A stretch of DNA of 64,000 nucleotides from Nostoc sp. DedSLP01 (GTDB lineage: Bacteria; Cyanobacteriota; Cyanobacteriia; Cyanobacteriales; Nostocaceae), in assembly GCA_034530875.2 (NCBI GenBank), contig JAVRCJ020000024.1, positions 1-64,000 on the forward strand. The letters are read 5' to 3'. Shown here one piece after another: positions 10,281-19,990 of the stretch; position 1 is the stretch's first letter, and the number at the start of each line of letters is the position of its first letter. A program made the translations under genes and the position numbers. The notes under the pieces are model-generated. The model had not been told where the DNA came from and did no database searches. It was given only the letters and a program-made list of their open reading frames with translations.

Positions 10281-11534
10281 ATGATAAAAATCTTTGCTGA
10301 AAGCTGGATTGAAATTGGGGCAAGATTACAGATAAATTGGGTTTTAGTAAACGCCTGCTTAGAGTTTGCTGCTTGGGGGGTTTTCTCAGTTTTACTCGCT
10401 GAGGTCTTCAGAGACAGCTATCATGCATTGTGTCACCAAGTGAATTGGCTTGCTAAATGGCATAACAAGCATCACATGGCTTATCGCCGGGATTTATCTA
10501 TCGTTTCTTTAAAAATTTACCAAGAATCCCAGCTTTATCATGACATTTTAGAGTCGAGCTTGCTATTAGTCGTACTAGTGTTGATTGCCTTAATTGTCCG
10601 CCAAATGGGGTTATGGCTGGGAATAGCTTATGCCTGCACGTTCTTGTACGGTGCGTCTGTGCGTTACTTCCAGGGCAAAATTGATACAGACTACAATCAC
10701 TTACCAGGCCCTTTAGAAACGATTCCATCCTTGTGGTGGGTAAATCGTTCTTATCATTGGCGGCATCATTTTGATGATGTCAACGCCTACTACAGCGGTG
10801 TCTTTCCCTTGGTCGATAAAATACTGGGAACAGGACTATCTCTTAAGGGTAAAACCGTGGCTTTAACTGGAGCATCAGGAGCTTTAGGGCAAGCATTAAC
10901 GACTGAACTTGTCAAGTGTAATGCTAAAGTTGTGGCATTAACCACGAATCCAGAAAAATTAGCAGAACAAACTGGCGTCAAAGTAATTCCTTGGCAATTG
11001 GGTAATGAAGCTGAACTCAGGGAAAGTTTGCAGAAAATTGATATTCTCATCATCAACCACGGAGTCAATGTCTACACGAGCCGCACGCCTCAAGCCATTA
11101 ACTCTTCTTATGAAGTGAATACCTTTTCTGCATTGCGCTTGATAGATATATTTTTGACAACTATCACAGGACCGCAAGACAAAGCAACTAAGGAAATTTG
11201 GGTTAATACTTCTGAGGCTGAGGTGTCGCCAGCACTGAGTCCGCTTTATGAACTCAGCAAACGATCGCTAGGAGATATTGTCACCCTCAAGCGCTTGGAT
11301 GGCAATTGTATTATTCGCAAGTTAATTCTTGGCCCCTTTAAAAGTCAACTTAACCCTTATGGAGTAATGTCTGCACAGCAAGTTGCTCGTATGGTGTTGT
11401 TTTTGGCACGGCGAGACTTCCGAAATATTATTGTGACAATTAATCCTCTCACTTACCTGCTGTTTCCTTTGAAGGAAACTAGTACTTGGCTATACTACCG
11501 AGTTTTTAGCCGCGCAGCTAAGAGTGAGGAATAG
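10281..11534 (+). CDS. Bifunctional sterol desaturase-like / short-chain dehydrogenase protein
   Basis: His boxes HALCH, HNKHH and HWRHH in a hydrophobic N-terminal half, then SDR motifs TGASGALG and YELSK. Confidence 0.88.
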   Translation: MIKIFAESWIEIGARLQINWVLVNACLEFAAWGVFSVLLAEVFRDSYHALCHQVNWLAKWHNKHHMAYRRDLSIVSLKIYQESQLYHDILESSLLLVVLVLIALIVRQMGLWLGIAYACTFLYGASVRYFQGKIDTDYNHLPGPLETIPSLWWVNRSYHWRHHFDDVNAYYSGVFPLVDKILGTGLSLKGKTVALTGASGALGQALTTELVKCNAKVVALTTNPEKLAEQTGVKVIPWQLGNEAELRESLQKIDILIINHGVNVYTSRTPQAINSSYEVNTFSALRLIDIFLTTITGPQDKATKEIWVNTSEAEVSPALSPLYELSKRSLGDIVTLKRLDGNCIIRKLILGPFKSQLNPYGVMSAQQVARMVLFLARRDFRNIIVTINPLTYLLFPLKETSTWLYYRVFSRAAKSEE

Positions 11535-11575
11535 GAAACTAGGGTGTAGGAGTATGAGGCAATACGCTTGGGTTA

Positions 11576-11758
11576 ATTGGTGTCAACTTAAGCTCAAACT
11601 CTTGCCTCACAATCGTTTTACCCCACCCCTGCCCTTGCCAAGGGGAGGGGAGGTTTTGCGTCAGCAAAGCCGGGGTGGGGCAGGGCGGATCTTGATGGTA
11701 AGTGAGTAGAACTCGCTCATCACGTTTTCATCAGGGTTGACGTTAAGTTGACACCAAT
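11576..11758. mobile_element. MITE with perfect 16-bp terminal inverted repeats and an internal GC-rich REP-like hairpin
   Basis: ATTGGTGTCAACTTAA (11576-11591) and TTAAGTTGACACCAAT (11743-11758). Internal CCCCACCCC...CCCTTGCCAAGGG...GGGGTGGGG. Confidence 0.8.
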
Positions 11759-12040
11759 GCACAGCTGTAAAGCCCCTACAACGTGGTCTATTTACCTGAA
11801 AATTGCTGTAATGCGTGAATTTTGAATTGTTATTACTTTTCGGCTAAAGGGGAAAAGTACACTCTTCTCATAAGAACCACTCATGTCACCTTTGTTTGTA
11901 TCGTCGAAACCTCGTAATTGACGCAAACTGTCTGCTGGTAAGGGGTTTCAAGTCTCAAGCAAGAAAAATTAAGCAAAAAATAATTACCAACCAGCCAAAT
12001 TTTCCGGTTTTTTTAGCATTGTGATGATAAATAAAAATAA

Positions 12041-12145
12041 TATAGCGGTAGCTAGAGTTAGGACATTTTGAAGGCTTAAATGCTAGGAATAGTAATACTT
12101 TTACCTCCTGCCTTCAGCAAGAACTGCTTCCTGCCTCCTGCTATA
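12041..12145. repeat. TATAGC...GCTATA-bounded MITE-like element
   Basis: Starts TATAGCGG..GTTAGGACAT and ends CCTCCTGCTATA. A similar element in inverted orientation lies at about 25922-26011 (ATGTCCTAA...TGGTATA). Confidence 0.5.
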
Positions 12146-12154
12146 ACGTTGAAA

Positions 12155-12209
12155 GTCATGCTTCGTACCCCGAAGAATTGCTGAAATTCTTCGCTGCTTT
12201 CAGGATGAC
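12155..12209. repeat. REP-like stem-loop
   Basis: Nested inverted repeats GTCAT...CGAAGAATT...AATTCTTCG...ATGAC. Confidence 0.5.
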
Positions 12210-12562
12210 TACTGACAACATCTGCCGCCAATCAGTTTTTTTGTTGGGGATGCTGCTAATCCGCTACAAACTCTAAAGACAGAGCTAAATCACAGGGTAC
12301 CACAAAACTTACTCTAGATGTATCTAAGTAACTATGCTGAGCAAGTGTAAAGATGTCATGTTGTCATGGAGGCAATTTTAAAGCAATTATAAAGAGCTTA
12401 GTGCCATTTTGGCAGGTTTTATTCGTAAATATGCGATATTAGTAGACTGTACAAATATTTATTTTTATTCGCACGCTATTTACTACCTACGCAAAACTGC
12501 TAAGGCCAAGCGAGTTACGACACTAATAAATTTACAGTAATTTACGAAGTAGGAAATAATAC

Positions 12563-13819
12563 ATGGTATTATCACTGTCTTCTCATAATGTTATGCAGTA
12601 TCTGCAAAATGCAGGTCTGTATAACTCAGAAGATGGCGCATCAGATCGATCTGAGTTGCCAGGAAATAGCAAAAAGAATTTCAATTTGCTAGTCAATCTA
12701 GCAGATAATCGTAAACTGCTCGTTAAACAAGAACGTAACATTAATAGTGAAGGTCAGCCGCATGAGTTATTTAACGAGTGGCTGTTTCACCAATTGCTGC
12801 AACAGTTTCCAGTTTTCAGCAATATTTCGGCGATGCCTACGGCGGTAAACAACGCACCTTTGGTAGTCCATTTTGACGAAGAAAATTCTATTCTTGTCCG
12901 CAGTTATTTAAGCGATTATCTGGAACTTGGGACATTGTACCATAATAGTGAAATTTTTCCACCAGAAATTGCTTATGCGATCGGCACGACTTTGGCAGGG
13001 TTGCATCGTGCAACCTTCCAACGCCGAGAATATAAAGATTTTATGTCAACTGCTCCCCAAGGAGAGTTTCGCTATGGCTTTTACAATCCAGCCCAAGGGG
13101 TAGAATCGATTACTCCAGAGATTTTTGCGACTGTTCCCAGCGATGCGTTGAAATTCTATGTTTTTTATCAACAGTACGAGAGTTTGGAATCGGCGATCGC
13201 AGATTTGGCTTATGAGTGGAACCCTTGCTGCTTAACCCACAACGATTTGAAATTAGACAACATTTTAGTTCATTCTCGCTGGCAGCAACTAGACAATTGC
13301 CTAGTGCGGCTAATTGATTGGGAAGCTTGCGGTTGGGGAGATCCAGCTTTTGATTTAGGAACTTTACTCGCAAGCTATTTAGGAATCTGGCTCAAGAGCT
13401 TGGTAGTAGATCCTAGCATTGAGTTGGCAGAATCTCTACATCTGGCATTGATACCATTGGAGATTTTACAACCTTCAATTATTGCCCTCATGAGGTCTTA
13501 TCTCAATGCTTTCCCGATGATTTTGGAATACCGTAGTGATTTTATTTCACGGGTGATGCAATTTGCAGGCTTGGCACTGATTCATCAAATTCAGGATGCG
13601 ATCGCTTGCCGTAAATACTTTAGCAATACTGAGCTATGTATGCTACAAGTAGCTAAAAGTTTACTTACCATGCCAGAGCAAGCTGTACTGACTATTTTCG
13701 GTATCTCACAATCAGAAATTGTCAACCCTGTAGCCAAAATCCACAAACTTCCTCAGCCTCAAAAACAGCAACAGTTACTTCGCATTTATTACGAAAAAAC
13801 TCGACTACGTGGTTGTTAA
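12563..13819 (+). CDS. Aminoglycoside-phosphotransferase-family kinase (LanK/TvaC-like)
   Basis: LLVKQE catalytic Lys, HNDLKLDNIL catalytic loop, LIDWE and GDPAFDLG. Confidence 0.85.
   Translation: MVLSLSSHNVMQYLQNAGLYNSEDGASDRSELPGNSKKNFNLLVNLADNRKLLVKQERNINSEGQPHELFNEWLFHQLLQQFPVFSNISAMPTAVNNAPLVVHFDEENSILVRSYLSDYLELGTLYHNSEIFPPEIAYAIGTTLAGLHRATFQRREYKDFMSTAPQGEFRYGFYNPAQGVESITPEIFATVPSDALKFYVFYQQYESLESAIADLAYEWNPCCLTHNDLKLDNILVHSRWQQLDNCLVRLIDWEACGWGDPAFDLGTLLASYLGIWLKSLVVDPSIELAESLHLALIPLEILQPSIIALMRSYLNAFPMILEYRSDFISRVMQFAGLALIHQIQDAIACRKYFSNTELCMLQVAKSLLTMPEQAVLTIFGISQSEIVNPVAKIHKLPQPQKQQQLLRIYYEKTRLRGC
12830..12855. repeat. 18-bp short dispersed repeat inserted in a HIP1 site
   Basis: GCGAT|GCCTACGGCGGTAAACAA|CGC. 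Removing 12835-12852 restores GCGATCGC in frame. Confidence 0.75.
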
Positions 13820-14334
13820 TTATAAAACACCAGAACAAGTAAAAGAAGAATTCAGGAGTTAGATTTCATAAATTATGAATTTATGAGCCAGAAGCGTTCA
13901 AAAATCAGGATAACTGATAGCGAATCACTATACTAACAGGCTACACTCCCTATAAATTCTTTCTTCAGAGTCATAGGCACTGAAATTTTACGAAATTTTA
14001 AATTCTTCTGCGTATTATTTCACCTATCATAAATCTCAGAGGATTTTGCCGCATAGTAGTTTTATAAACAAGAACAAAGACGCTATCTGTCAGAGTTCAG
14101 TTTGATATGAACTAAGTAGCTGATTAGTATAGGTTAAAACTATACTTTGACCCACTACTAAGCTAGTACCCCTAGTGGGCAAAATAAATCTGAAAGTTAT
14201 TCTAATTATTACTCCATCCCTTTATATATAGAGTCTTCAAAAATTCTGAATTGGAGAATTTTGACCGGAGGCGGAGTGTCTCCGGCTCCGCTCCTGAATT
14301 CTGCTTTCTAATTTTGCATTTTTACAGTTGAGTT

Positions 14335-15444
14335 GTGAATGGATTAATGCTATATTCTGCCAATCAACCACTAACTTCTCTGTTGGATATTGCTAGTAAT
14401 ATCCAGATAGAACCAAATTTTTGTATTTACCATCCTCATTATCAACCCTTTGCTTTGCCGACTAAAGTAGCCGATCGCTTTCAACAAACTCCGACAGATT
14501 TACAACAAAAGTATCTGAACTTACTATTACGAAATTTTCTATATGGAATCTATTACAATGGTTCCTTGCAAAGTACTTTGACAGTAAATACTGATAGTAT
14601 TAATCAGACATCAAAATATAATTTAGAAGATAGTTCTGTTTCGGAAATTGATTGGAACTTCTACAAACAACTGCACGACAGCAATCGTGGTGTAGGTTAC
14701 TTTGACTCGGAATGGCAGGTGTTGCGGCAAGAACCTGATGGTACTATGGCGGTGACGAAAGGCGGTTTAACACTTCATATCGAGCCAGACTGCCATTTAC
14801 AATCCAATAAGAAATCTACCAAAGTAGGTGACATGGTAGCAATCTGGATGCCCAAAAATCGCCTGCAAAACGGTTTTTACATGGCAGTTAGTAATGTACG
14901 CCAAAAACAGCAAAGCAATCCAGACAGCGGTTTAGGAGCAGGGCGAATCTACTTTAACTTAACACCAACTGGTGCGATCGCTCTGATGGATAGCCTCACA
15001 CTGCAACTGAATGCAGCCTCCATTCCCTTTAACTTTCAAGTTCTTCACAATCCCTGTGCCTACGGACGCTATGATTCGGGATTACTTTACTTTGAACTCC
15101 ACGACTATCCAGCAATCCACAATATTCTGCAAACAGTTTATTGTGAAAATCAATTTCATTTCCAGCCTGAAATTCCCTTGTTTACCAAATTTTTAGCACC
15201 AGGGTTAGGTTTAGCTGAAGAACCAACCCAAAAATTTGCCGCGCAAGAAAGTTTCGGAGTCAACCGCTGTCAAATCGTTGCTAATGCTTTATTGGAAGCT
15301 TGGCAAAAAGGTAAGAATGCAATGGAAGAACGGATGAAAGCGATCGACCAACACTTTAAACGCCATGCCATTGACTTGCAGCGTCCTTACCTTAACCCTA
15401 ATTCTCAAGACGTTTATCTGCCGCTGAAATTAAGTAGCATTTGA
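14335..15444 (+). CDS. HopA1-family protein (phospho-Ser/Thr lyase, LanY/TvaD-like); start may be ATG 14347
   Basis: Contains RIYFNL, FQVLHNP..YGRYDSGLLYF, PLFTKFLAPGLGLAEEP and ESFGVNRCQIVA. Confidence 0.85.
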   Translation: MNGLMLYSANQPLTSLLDIASNIQIEPNFCIYHPHYQPFALPTKVADRFQQTPTDLQQKYLNLLLRNFLYGIYYNGSLQSTLTVNTDSINQTSKYNLEDSSVSEIDWNFYKQLHDSNRGVGYFDSEWQVLRQEPDGTMAVTKGGLTLHIEPDCHLQSNKKSTKVGDMVAIWMPKNRLQNGFYMAVSNVRQKQQSNPDSGLGAGRIYFNLTPTGAIALMDSLTLQLNAASIPFNFQVLHNPCAYGRYDSGLLYFELHDYPAIHNILQTVYCENQFHFQPEIPLFTKFLAPGLGLAEEPTQKFAAQESFGVNRCQIVANALLEAWQKGKNAMEERMKAIDQHFKRHAIDLQRPYLNPNSQDVYLPLKLSSI

Positions 15445-15451
15445 ATTTTGA

Positions 15452-15592
15452 TAGGGAGATGAGGAGGTAGGGAGTATGGGAGGTGTGGGAAGTGTGGGAG
15501 GATGGGGAAGAAATCTTTCATCCCTAGTCCCCACACTCCCCACACTTCCTTGTCTGTCTCTCTCCTCCCACACTGCCAATGCCCCATACCCT
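15452..15592. repeat. Inverted G-rich/C-rich STRR arrays between convergent genes
   Basis: GGGAGGTGTGGGAAGTGTGGGA faces CCCCACACTCCCCACACTTCC and can fold into a long hairpin. Confidence 0.7.
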
Positions 15593-15593
15593 T

Positions 15594-16376
15594 TTATAAT
15601 TCAACAATCACCGGCACGTGGTCGCTGGGTTGGGTTAATTTTCTCGGCGTCGCATCGATGACGCAACTTTTGGCGCGTTCGTACAGTACGGGTGTGAGAT
15701 AGTGATGGTCAATCCGCCAGCCTAAATTACGACGGAAGGCAGCGGCGCGATAATCCCACCAAGTATAATTGCCGCCTTCGGTTGTAAATTTACGAAAAGC
15801 ATCAGCAAATCCTAGTGTCAGGATATCACGTAGGGCTTGGCGCTCTATTTCTGTCGCCATAATATGATTCTCTGTACTCACTTGCTCGTGAATATCTTTA
15901 GCTTCCAGTGCAATATTGAAGTCGCCGCACACACAAATATGAGTTTGTGAGAGTAAAAGCAATCGCAAGTACTCGCGCAGGGCTGTCAACCAGCGTAGTT
16001 TATATTCGTATTTTTCGGTTCCCACTGCTGCACCGTTGGGAACGTATAAGTTCACAATCCTAATTCCATCTATTACACCTGTAATCACTCGCTTTTGCTC
16101 GTCCCATTCAGGTGCTAAATCTTTCAAAATTGCCCGAAAACCGCTACTTACGTCTAATAATGGTTGGCAGCTGATTATGGCTACGCCGTTATAAGATTTT
16201 TGCCCTGATAGATGGAGATGATAGCCCATTTCCTCAAAGGGCGATCGCGGAAATTCAGCATCTATAACTTTGGTTTCTTGTAAACAGAGAACATCAACGG
16301 GATTATGAGTTAACCAATCAATAACCTGTTCCAGACGAATGCGAATAGAATTGACGTTCCAAGTTGCAATTTTCAT
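15594..16376 (-). CDS. xth: Exodeoxyribonuclease III
   Basis: MKIATWNVNSIR, LQETK, CGDFNIA, YTWWDYR, GWRIDH and SDHVPV. Start placed at ATG 16376. Confidence 0.95.
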   Translation of the reverse strand: MKIATWNVNSIRIRLEQVIDWLTHNPVDVLCLQETKVIDAEFPRSPFEEMGYHLHLSGQKSYNGVAIISCQPLLDVSSGFRAILKDLAPEWDEQKRVITGVIDGIRIVNLYVPNGAAVGTEKYEYKLRWLTALREYLRLLLLSQTHICVCGDFNIALEAKDIHEQVSTENHIMATEIERQALRDILTLGFADAFRKFTTEGGNYTWWDYRAAAFRRNLGWRIDHHYLTPVLYERAKSCVIDATPRKLTQPSDHVPVIVEL

Positions 16377-16824
16377 GAGTTGGCTATCGAAATTTTTGTA
16401 AATCACTAATTACAAATTATGTAATTTTTCTACAATTATTTACTTTTTATAGTAAGTATCTTATTTAGTCATTGCCTTGAAAGCAAGCATAAATAACTTG
16501 ATCCCGTTTGATAATTTAGTATTTTCAGCTACTAAAGATTTAATTTTGTAGGTTCTGCTACAAAATATTCTACCCGATTATGATCCGCAAGACAGATGCA
16601 ACAACTAATTGATTAGTTATAGGTTATAAATGTAAGTCAGGGTTGACTTTTGCCGACAATCAAAAGATTTGTCGGAAGAAAATTTTCGGTGCGGTTAACC
16701 GAGTATTATGCTTGAGGTAGCTTGTTAGGTTAATTTAAATTTCAAACAGTAAGTAGAAATGCTTTGTTCTCATACAATAATGAGGTAATTCATTATATAG
16801 AGGACAATTTTACAAACTGAACTG

Positions 16825-17380
16825 AATTGAACTAACAGATTATCCATTTGTAGCCCAACCGTCATAACCTGTATATTTGGCATTTTTAGGTCGTTTTTCG
16901 CCAGATAAATGGTTAAAAAATGCGATCGCTATTGCTAAAGAAACTCCTTGGCGTTTGGATATAGGCAAAAAAGCAAACTTACAATCTTCTAAGGTTTTTG
17001 AACAAGAGATTGCCCCCTACATTGCTGGTCAGCAAATTCAATATCTCGGCAAAATCAATTATGCCGGAAAAACTGAACTTCTGGGCAATGCTGCGATCGC
17101 TGTTTTCCCCATCGCATGACAAAAACACTTAGATTTAGTAACCATTCAACCAAGGGCAACTGCTAAGCCAGGAATTGTTATCAATTTTCGCTTCTTACCT
17201 AAAGTGATTACTCACAGTAAAACAGGTTTAAGATGCAAAAATTAAGTACAAATGGCAGCAATGATTTCACTAGCTTGGGAAATCAATCGTTACATCTGTT
17301 GAATATATTTATAAAACAAGTTTAGCGTTAGCTAAATAGTTAACAGATATGAACTTGTTTACAGACAAATTATTAAAGAC
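16825..17380 (+). pseudogene. Degenerate GT4-family glycosyltransferase C-terminal remnant
   Basis: The frame reads ELTDYPFVAQPS*PVYLAFLGRFSPDK...IQYLGKIN...AVFPIA*QKHLDLVTIQ...PKVITHSKTG. It resembles the GT4 C-terminal domain but has in-frame stops, a degraded EPFGLV motif and no N-terminal domain. Confidence 0.7.
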
Positions 17381-17484
17381 CGCATAGAATCGAACAGCCG
17401 CATTCCTGCTGCCAACATCCATTTTAAATCAACTCGTTTTTTGCTTAGCTTAAACAACAACTTTTATTTGAGGAGGACATTGGT

Positions 17485-17670
17485 ATGAGTACGAGAGCCA
17501 ACACTTGCCCATGCTGCGGTGGTTCCCTCCTGCGTCATATCCGTCATGGCGAACTGTATTGGTTTTGCCTGTCGTGCCGACAAGAAGTACCACTGTTAAC
17601 TGTAACTCGCTTGCCAAATCCGGAAAGCCGAAATACCGGAGTTCTTCCCCAAGCAGCTACAAATTCCTAA
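17485..17670 (+). CDS. Small zinc-ribbon-like protein
   Basis: CPCC...WFCLSC Cys pairs and a GAGGAGG RBS upstream. Confidence 0.75.
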   Translation: MSTRANTCPCCGGSLLRHIRHGELYWFCLSCRQEVPLLTVTRLPNPESRNTGVLPQAATNS

Positions 17671-17788
17671 TTTTTCCTATTTTTAGACTGATAACAGCTT
17701 ACTATAAATCAGACCGAATTTAGTTTACAACCTATAAATATCTTCAACTGGTAAAATCAGGTGGATTTATATTGATAGGTTTAAAACT

Positions 17789-18811
17789 TTGTTAGCAGCC
17801 TTACTTTATGGGCAAGAAGATTTACGGCTAGAGGAAGTTGCCGATCCCACTCCTGCGGCTGGCGAAGTTGTGATTCAAGTGGGAGCAGCAATGACCTGTG
17901 GTACAGATTTGAAAGTCTGGCGGCGTGGCGGCCATGCCAAAATGTTGAAACCGCCGACTTTGTTTGGTCACGAAGCTGCTGGGCGAATTGTTGCCTTGGG
18001 AGCAGGTGTCACGCATTGGCAAATAGGCGATCGCGTTGTCGCTAATAATTCTGCCCCATGCATGACATGTTTTTTTTGTCAACGGCAAGAGTATTCTTTG
18101 TGCCCAAATTTAACTTGGAATAATGGAACTTTTGCCCAATATTTGAAAATTCCCGCACCGATAGTACAGCATAATTTATTGCAGATTCCTGATGATTTGC
18201 CTTGGGAATTAGCAGCAATGACAGAACCGCTAGCTTGTGTATTGCATGGTGTAGCGCGTTCTCATATCAAGCCCAAAGATAAAGTAGTCGTCTTAGGAGA
18301 TGGGGCGATTGGGTTGATGTTTGTAGCTGCTTTAGCAAATACTGCTGAAGTGTTGTTGTGGGGAGGTAACGACCAGAGATTAGAAATTGGTCAGAAATTG
18401 GGTGCAGCCCAGACTTTTAATTATCATCAAATCCCCGATATTCCCAGCGTCGTGAAAGAACTTACCCAAGGATGGGGCGCTGATGTCGTTATTGAAGCCA
18501 CTGGCGTGCCTAGTGTTTGGGAAACTGCGATCGCTTGCGCTCGTCCTGGCGCCACAGTGAACTTATTTGGTGGCTGTCCGCGGGATACCAGTATTACTGT
18601 GAATACAGAACAGCTACACTATAGCGAATTAACTCTTAAAGGCGTGTTTCATAATACACCAGAATATGTGCGATCGGCTTTATCGCTAATAGCAAGTCGG
18701 AAAATTCCCTTTGAATTACTTATTAGCGAACAGCGACCATTGAAAGATTTAGAACAGGTGTTTAATGACATGAAAACACGTCAAGTAATTAAAGTAGCGA
18801 TGATTCCTTGA
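17789..18811 (+). CDS. Zinc-dependent alcohol dehydrogenase (MDR family)
   Basis: CGTD, GHEAAG, structural Zn motif CxxCxxCxxxxxxxC, and GDGAIG. Confidence 0.92.
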   Translation: MLAALLYGQEDLRLEEVADPTPAAGEVVIQVGAAMTCGTDLKVWRRGGHAKMLKPPTLFGHEAAGRIVALGAGVTHWQIGDRVVANNSAPCMTCFFCQRQEYSLCPNLTWNNGTFAQYLKIPAPIVQHNLLQIPDDLPWELAAMTEPLACVLHGVARSHIKPKDKVVVLGDGAIGLMFVAALANTAEVLLWGGNDQRLEIGQKLGAAQTFNYHQIPDIPSVVKELTQGWGADVVIEATGVPSVWETAIACARPGATVNLFGGCPRDTSITVNTEQLHYSELTLKGVFHNTPEYVRSALSLIASRKIPFELLISEQRPLKDLEQVFNDMKTRQVIKVAMIP

Positions 18812-18844
18812 ATTGTGTTGTGGCGGTGTGAGTAAGGAGGCAAA

Positions 18845-19123
18845 ATGTTATTTATGGTAATCGAGCGATTTAAGGACGGTAAAACTAAAGAAATATATCG
18901 TCGATTTCAAGAGAAAGGGCGTATGATGCCTGAAGGTTTAAACTATATAGATAGCTGGGTCGAAGTCAACTGCGATCGTTGTTTTCAACTGATGGAATGT
19001 GACGATCTAAGTTTATTTCAAGAGTGGATATTGCAATGGCAAGATCTTGGTGAATTTGAGATAGTTCCCGTCGTTCCATCGAAACAGACAGCAGAGATAG
19101 TTAATAAGACGATGATTCCTTAA
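18845..19123 (+). CDS. DUF3303-like small protein
   Basis: MLFMVIERF...GRMMPEGL.YIDSW...RCFQLME...W.DL.EFEIVPV, with an AAGGAGG RBS. Confidence 0.8.
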   Translation: MLFMVIERFKDGKTKEIYRRFQEKGRMMPEGLNYIDSWVEVNCDRCFQLMECDDLSLFQEWILQWQDLGEFEIVPVVPSKQTAEIVNKTMIP

Positions 19124-19557
19124 TTTTTAGCAGGATACAGCAGATGATCGGGGTCTAGCCAAACAATGTAGAAAATCTCGTTAATAAAAAACCCATGAAC
19201 TCTACCATGTTCATTTGAAGACAGAGAAAACTGATATGGTGTATCAACTAATTGTTCTTCATTGGGTAAACCAAATCCGGTCTCGCTAGTATCTTCCCAC
19301 TTGATGGCATGACATCTAAGGCTACTGCTACGATTCACCAGTAATTCTTGAGCAGACAGGCTGGATAAAGCTTTCAAGCGTTCAAGCAGAGTCAGCCAGT
19401 AGATTACTTCTTTTTCGCTACAAGAAAACTTGTTGTGACTATCCTGATAGTATTTAAACGAAAAGCTGATGCCTTGAGGTGGCTTCAGCTTTGTTAGTTT
19501 AATACCTGATGTGCCATCTTTGGCAACCTCAGTCTTTTTAATCTTCTTCTTCGACAC
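19120..19557 (-). CDS. Putative toxin partner (PanT candidate) of the Panacea antitoxin
   Basis: Overlaps the end of the DUF4065 gene by 20 nt. The C-terminus YQFSLS..GRVHGFFINEIFYIVWLDPDH suggests a RelE-like fold. Confidence 0.65.
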   Translation of the reverse strand: MSKKKIKKTEVAKDGTSGIKLTKLKPPQGISFSFKYYQDSHNKFSCSEKEVIYWLTLLERLKALSSLSAQELLVNRSSSLRCHAIKWEDTSETGFGLPNEEQLVDTPYQFSLSSNEHGRVHGFFINEIFYIVWLDPDHLLYPAKN

Positions 19558-19990
19558 GAGATCCGTAGTACTCCTTCATCCACTCCTTCTTTATAACTTC
19601 GTTGGAAGGCGCATCAGCTGGTAGATTTCCTCTAGCCAAATTCCAAGGTGCTTCAGCATGAGTCATCTGCTCAAGTTCATAACCATCGCAGGCGAAGTAC
19701 TCTTGTGCAACTTCATCTAGAAACTTTTGAACCTCTTGGGACAATTGCGGTTTAGCATCCTCTAAAATTGGTTGCCATCCAAAAAGCTTGTACTTCTGGT
19801 ACAACGCAGGTATTACGGGGCCATGTATCCAGGCTTGAAAATCCTCTTGGAATAAAGGAGTGTCATAGATTGCAAGATGCCAAGCCTGAGCATAGTACAC
19901 AAGCTTTTGCAGCTTGAGATTACTTATAAAAGACCCTGTTTCATTTGCTAACCAGAGAAAGTAATCTGCTATTTTAAAACATGACAACAC
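19538..19990 (-). CDS. Panacea/DUF4065 (SocA/GepA-like) antitoxin
   Basis: ISNLKLQKLVYYAQ, FQAWIHGPV and LEQMTHAEAPW. GTG start at 19990 follows an AAGGAGG RBS. Confidence 0.9.
   Translation of the reverse strand: MLSCFKIADYFLWLANETGSFISNLKLQKLVYYAQAWHLAIYDTPLFQEDFQAWIHGPVIPALYQKYKLFGWQPILEDAKPQLSQEVQKFLDEVAQEYFACDGYELEQMTHAEAPWNLARGNLPADAPSNEVIKKEWMKEYYGSRVEEED

Noticed and set aside
11760..12560. RiPP precursor ORF upstream of the kinase
   Set aside because: Only short ORFs of up to about 30 codons without a leader/core pattern were found, and much of the region is repeat-derived.
13863..13936. 17-aa ORF MSQKRSKIRITDSESLY between kinase and lyase
   Set aside because: It is too short, has no clear RBS, and lies inside a repeat-bounded spacer.
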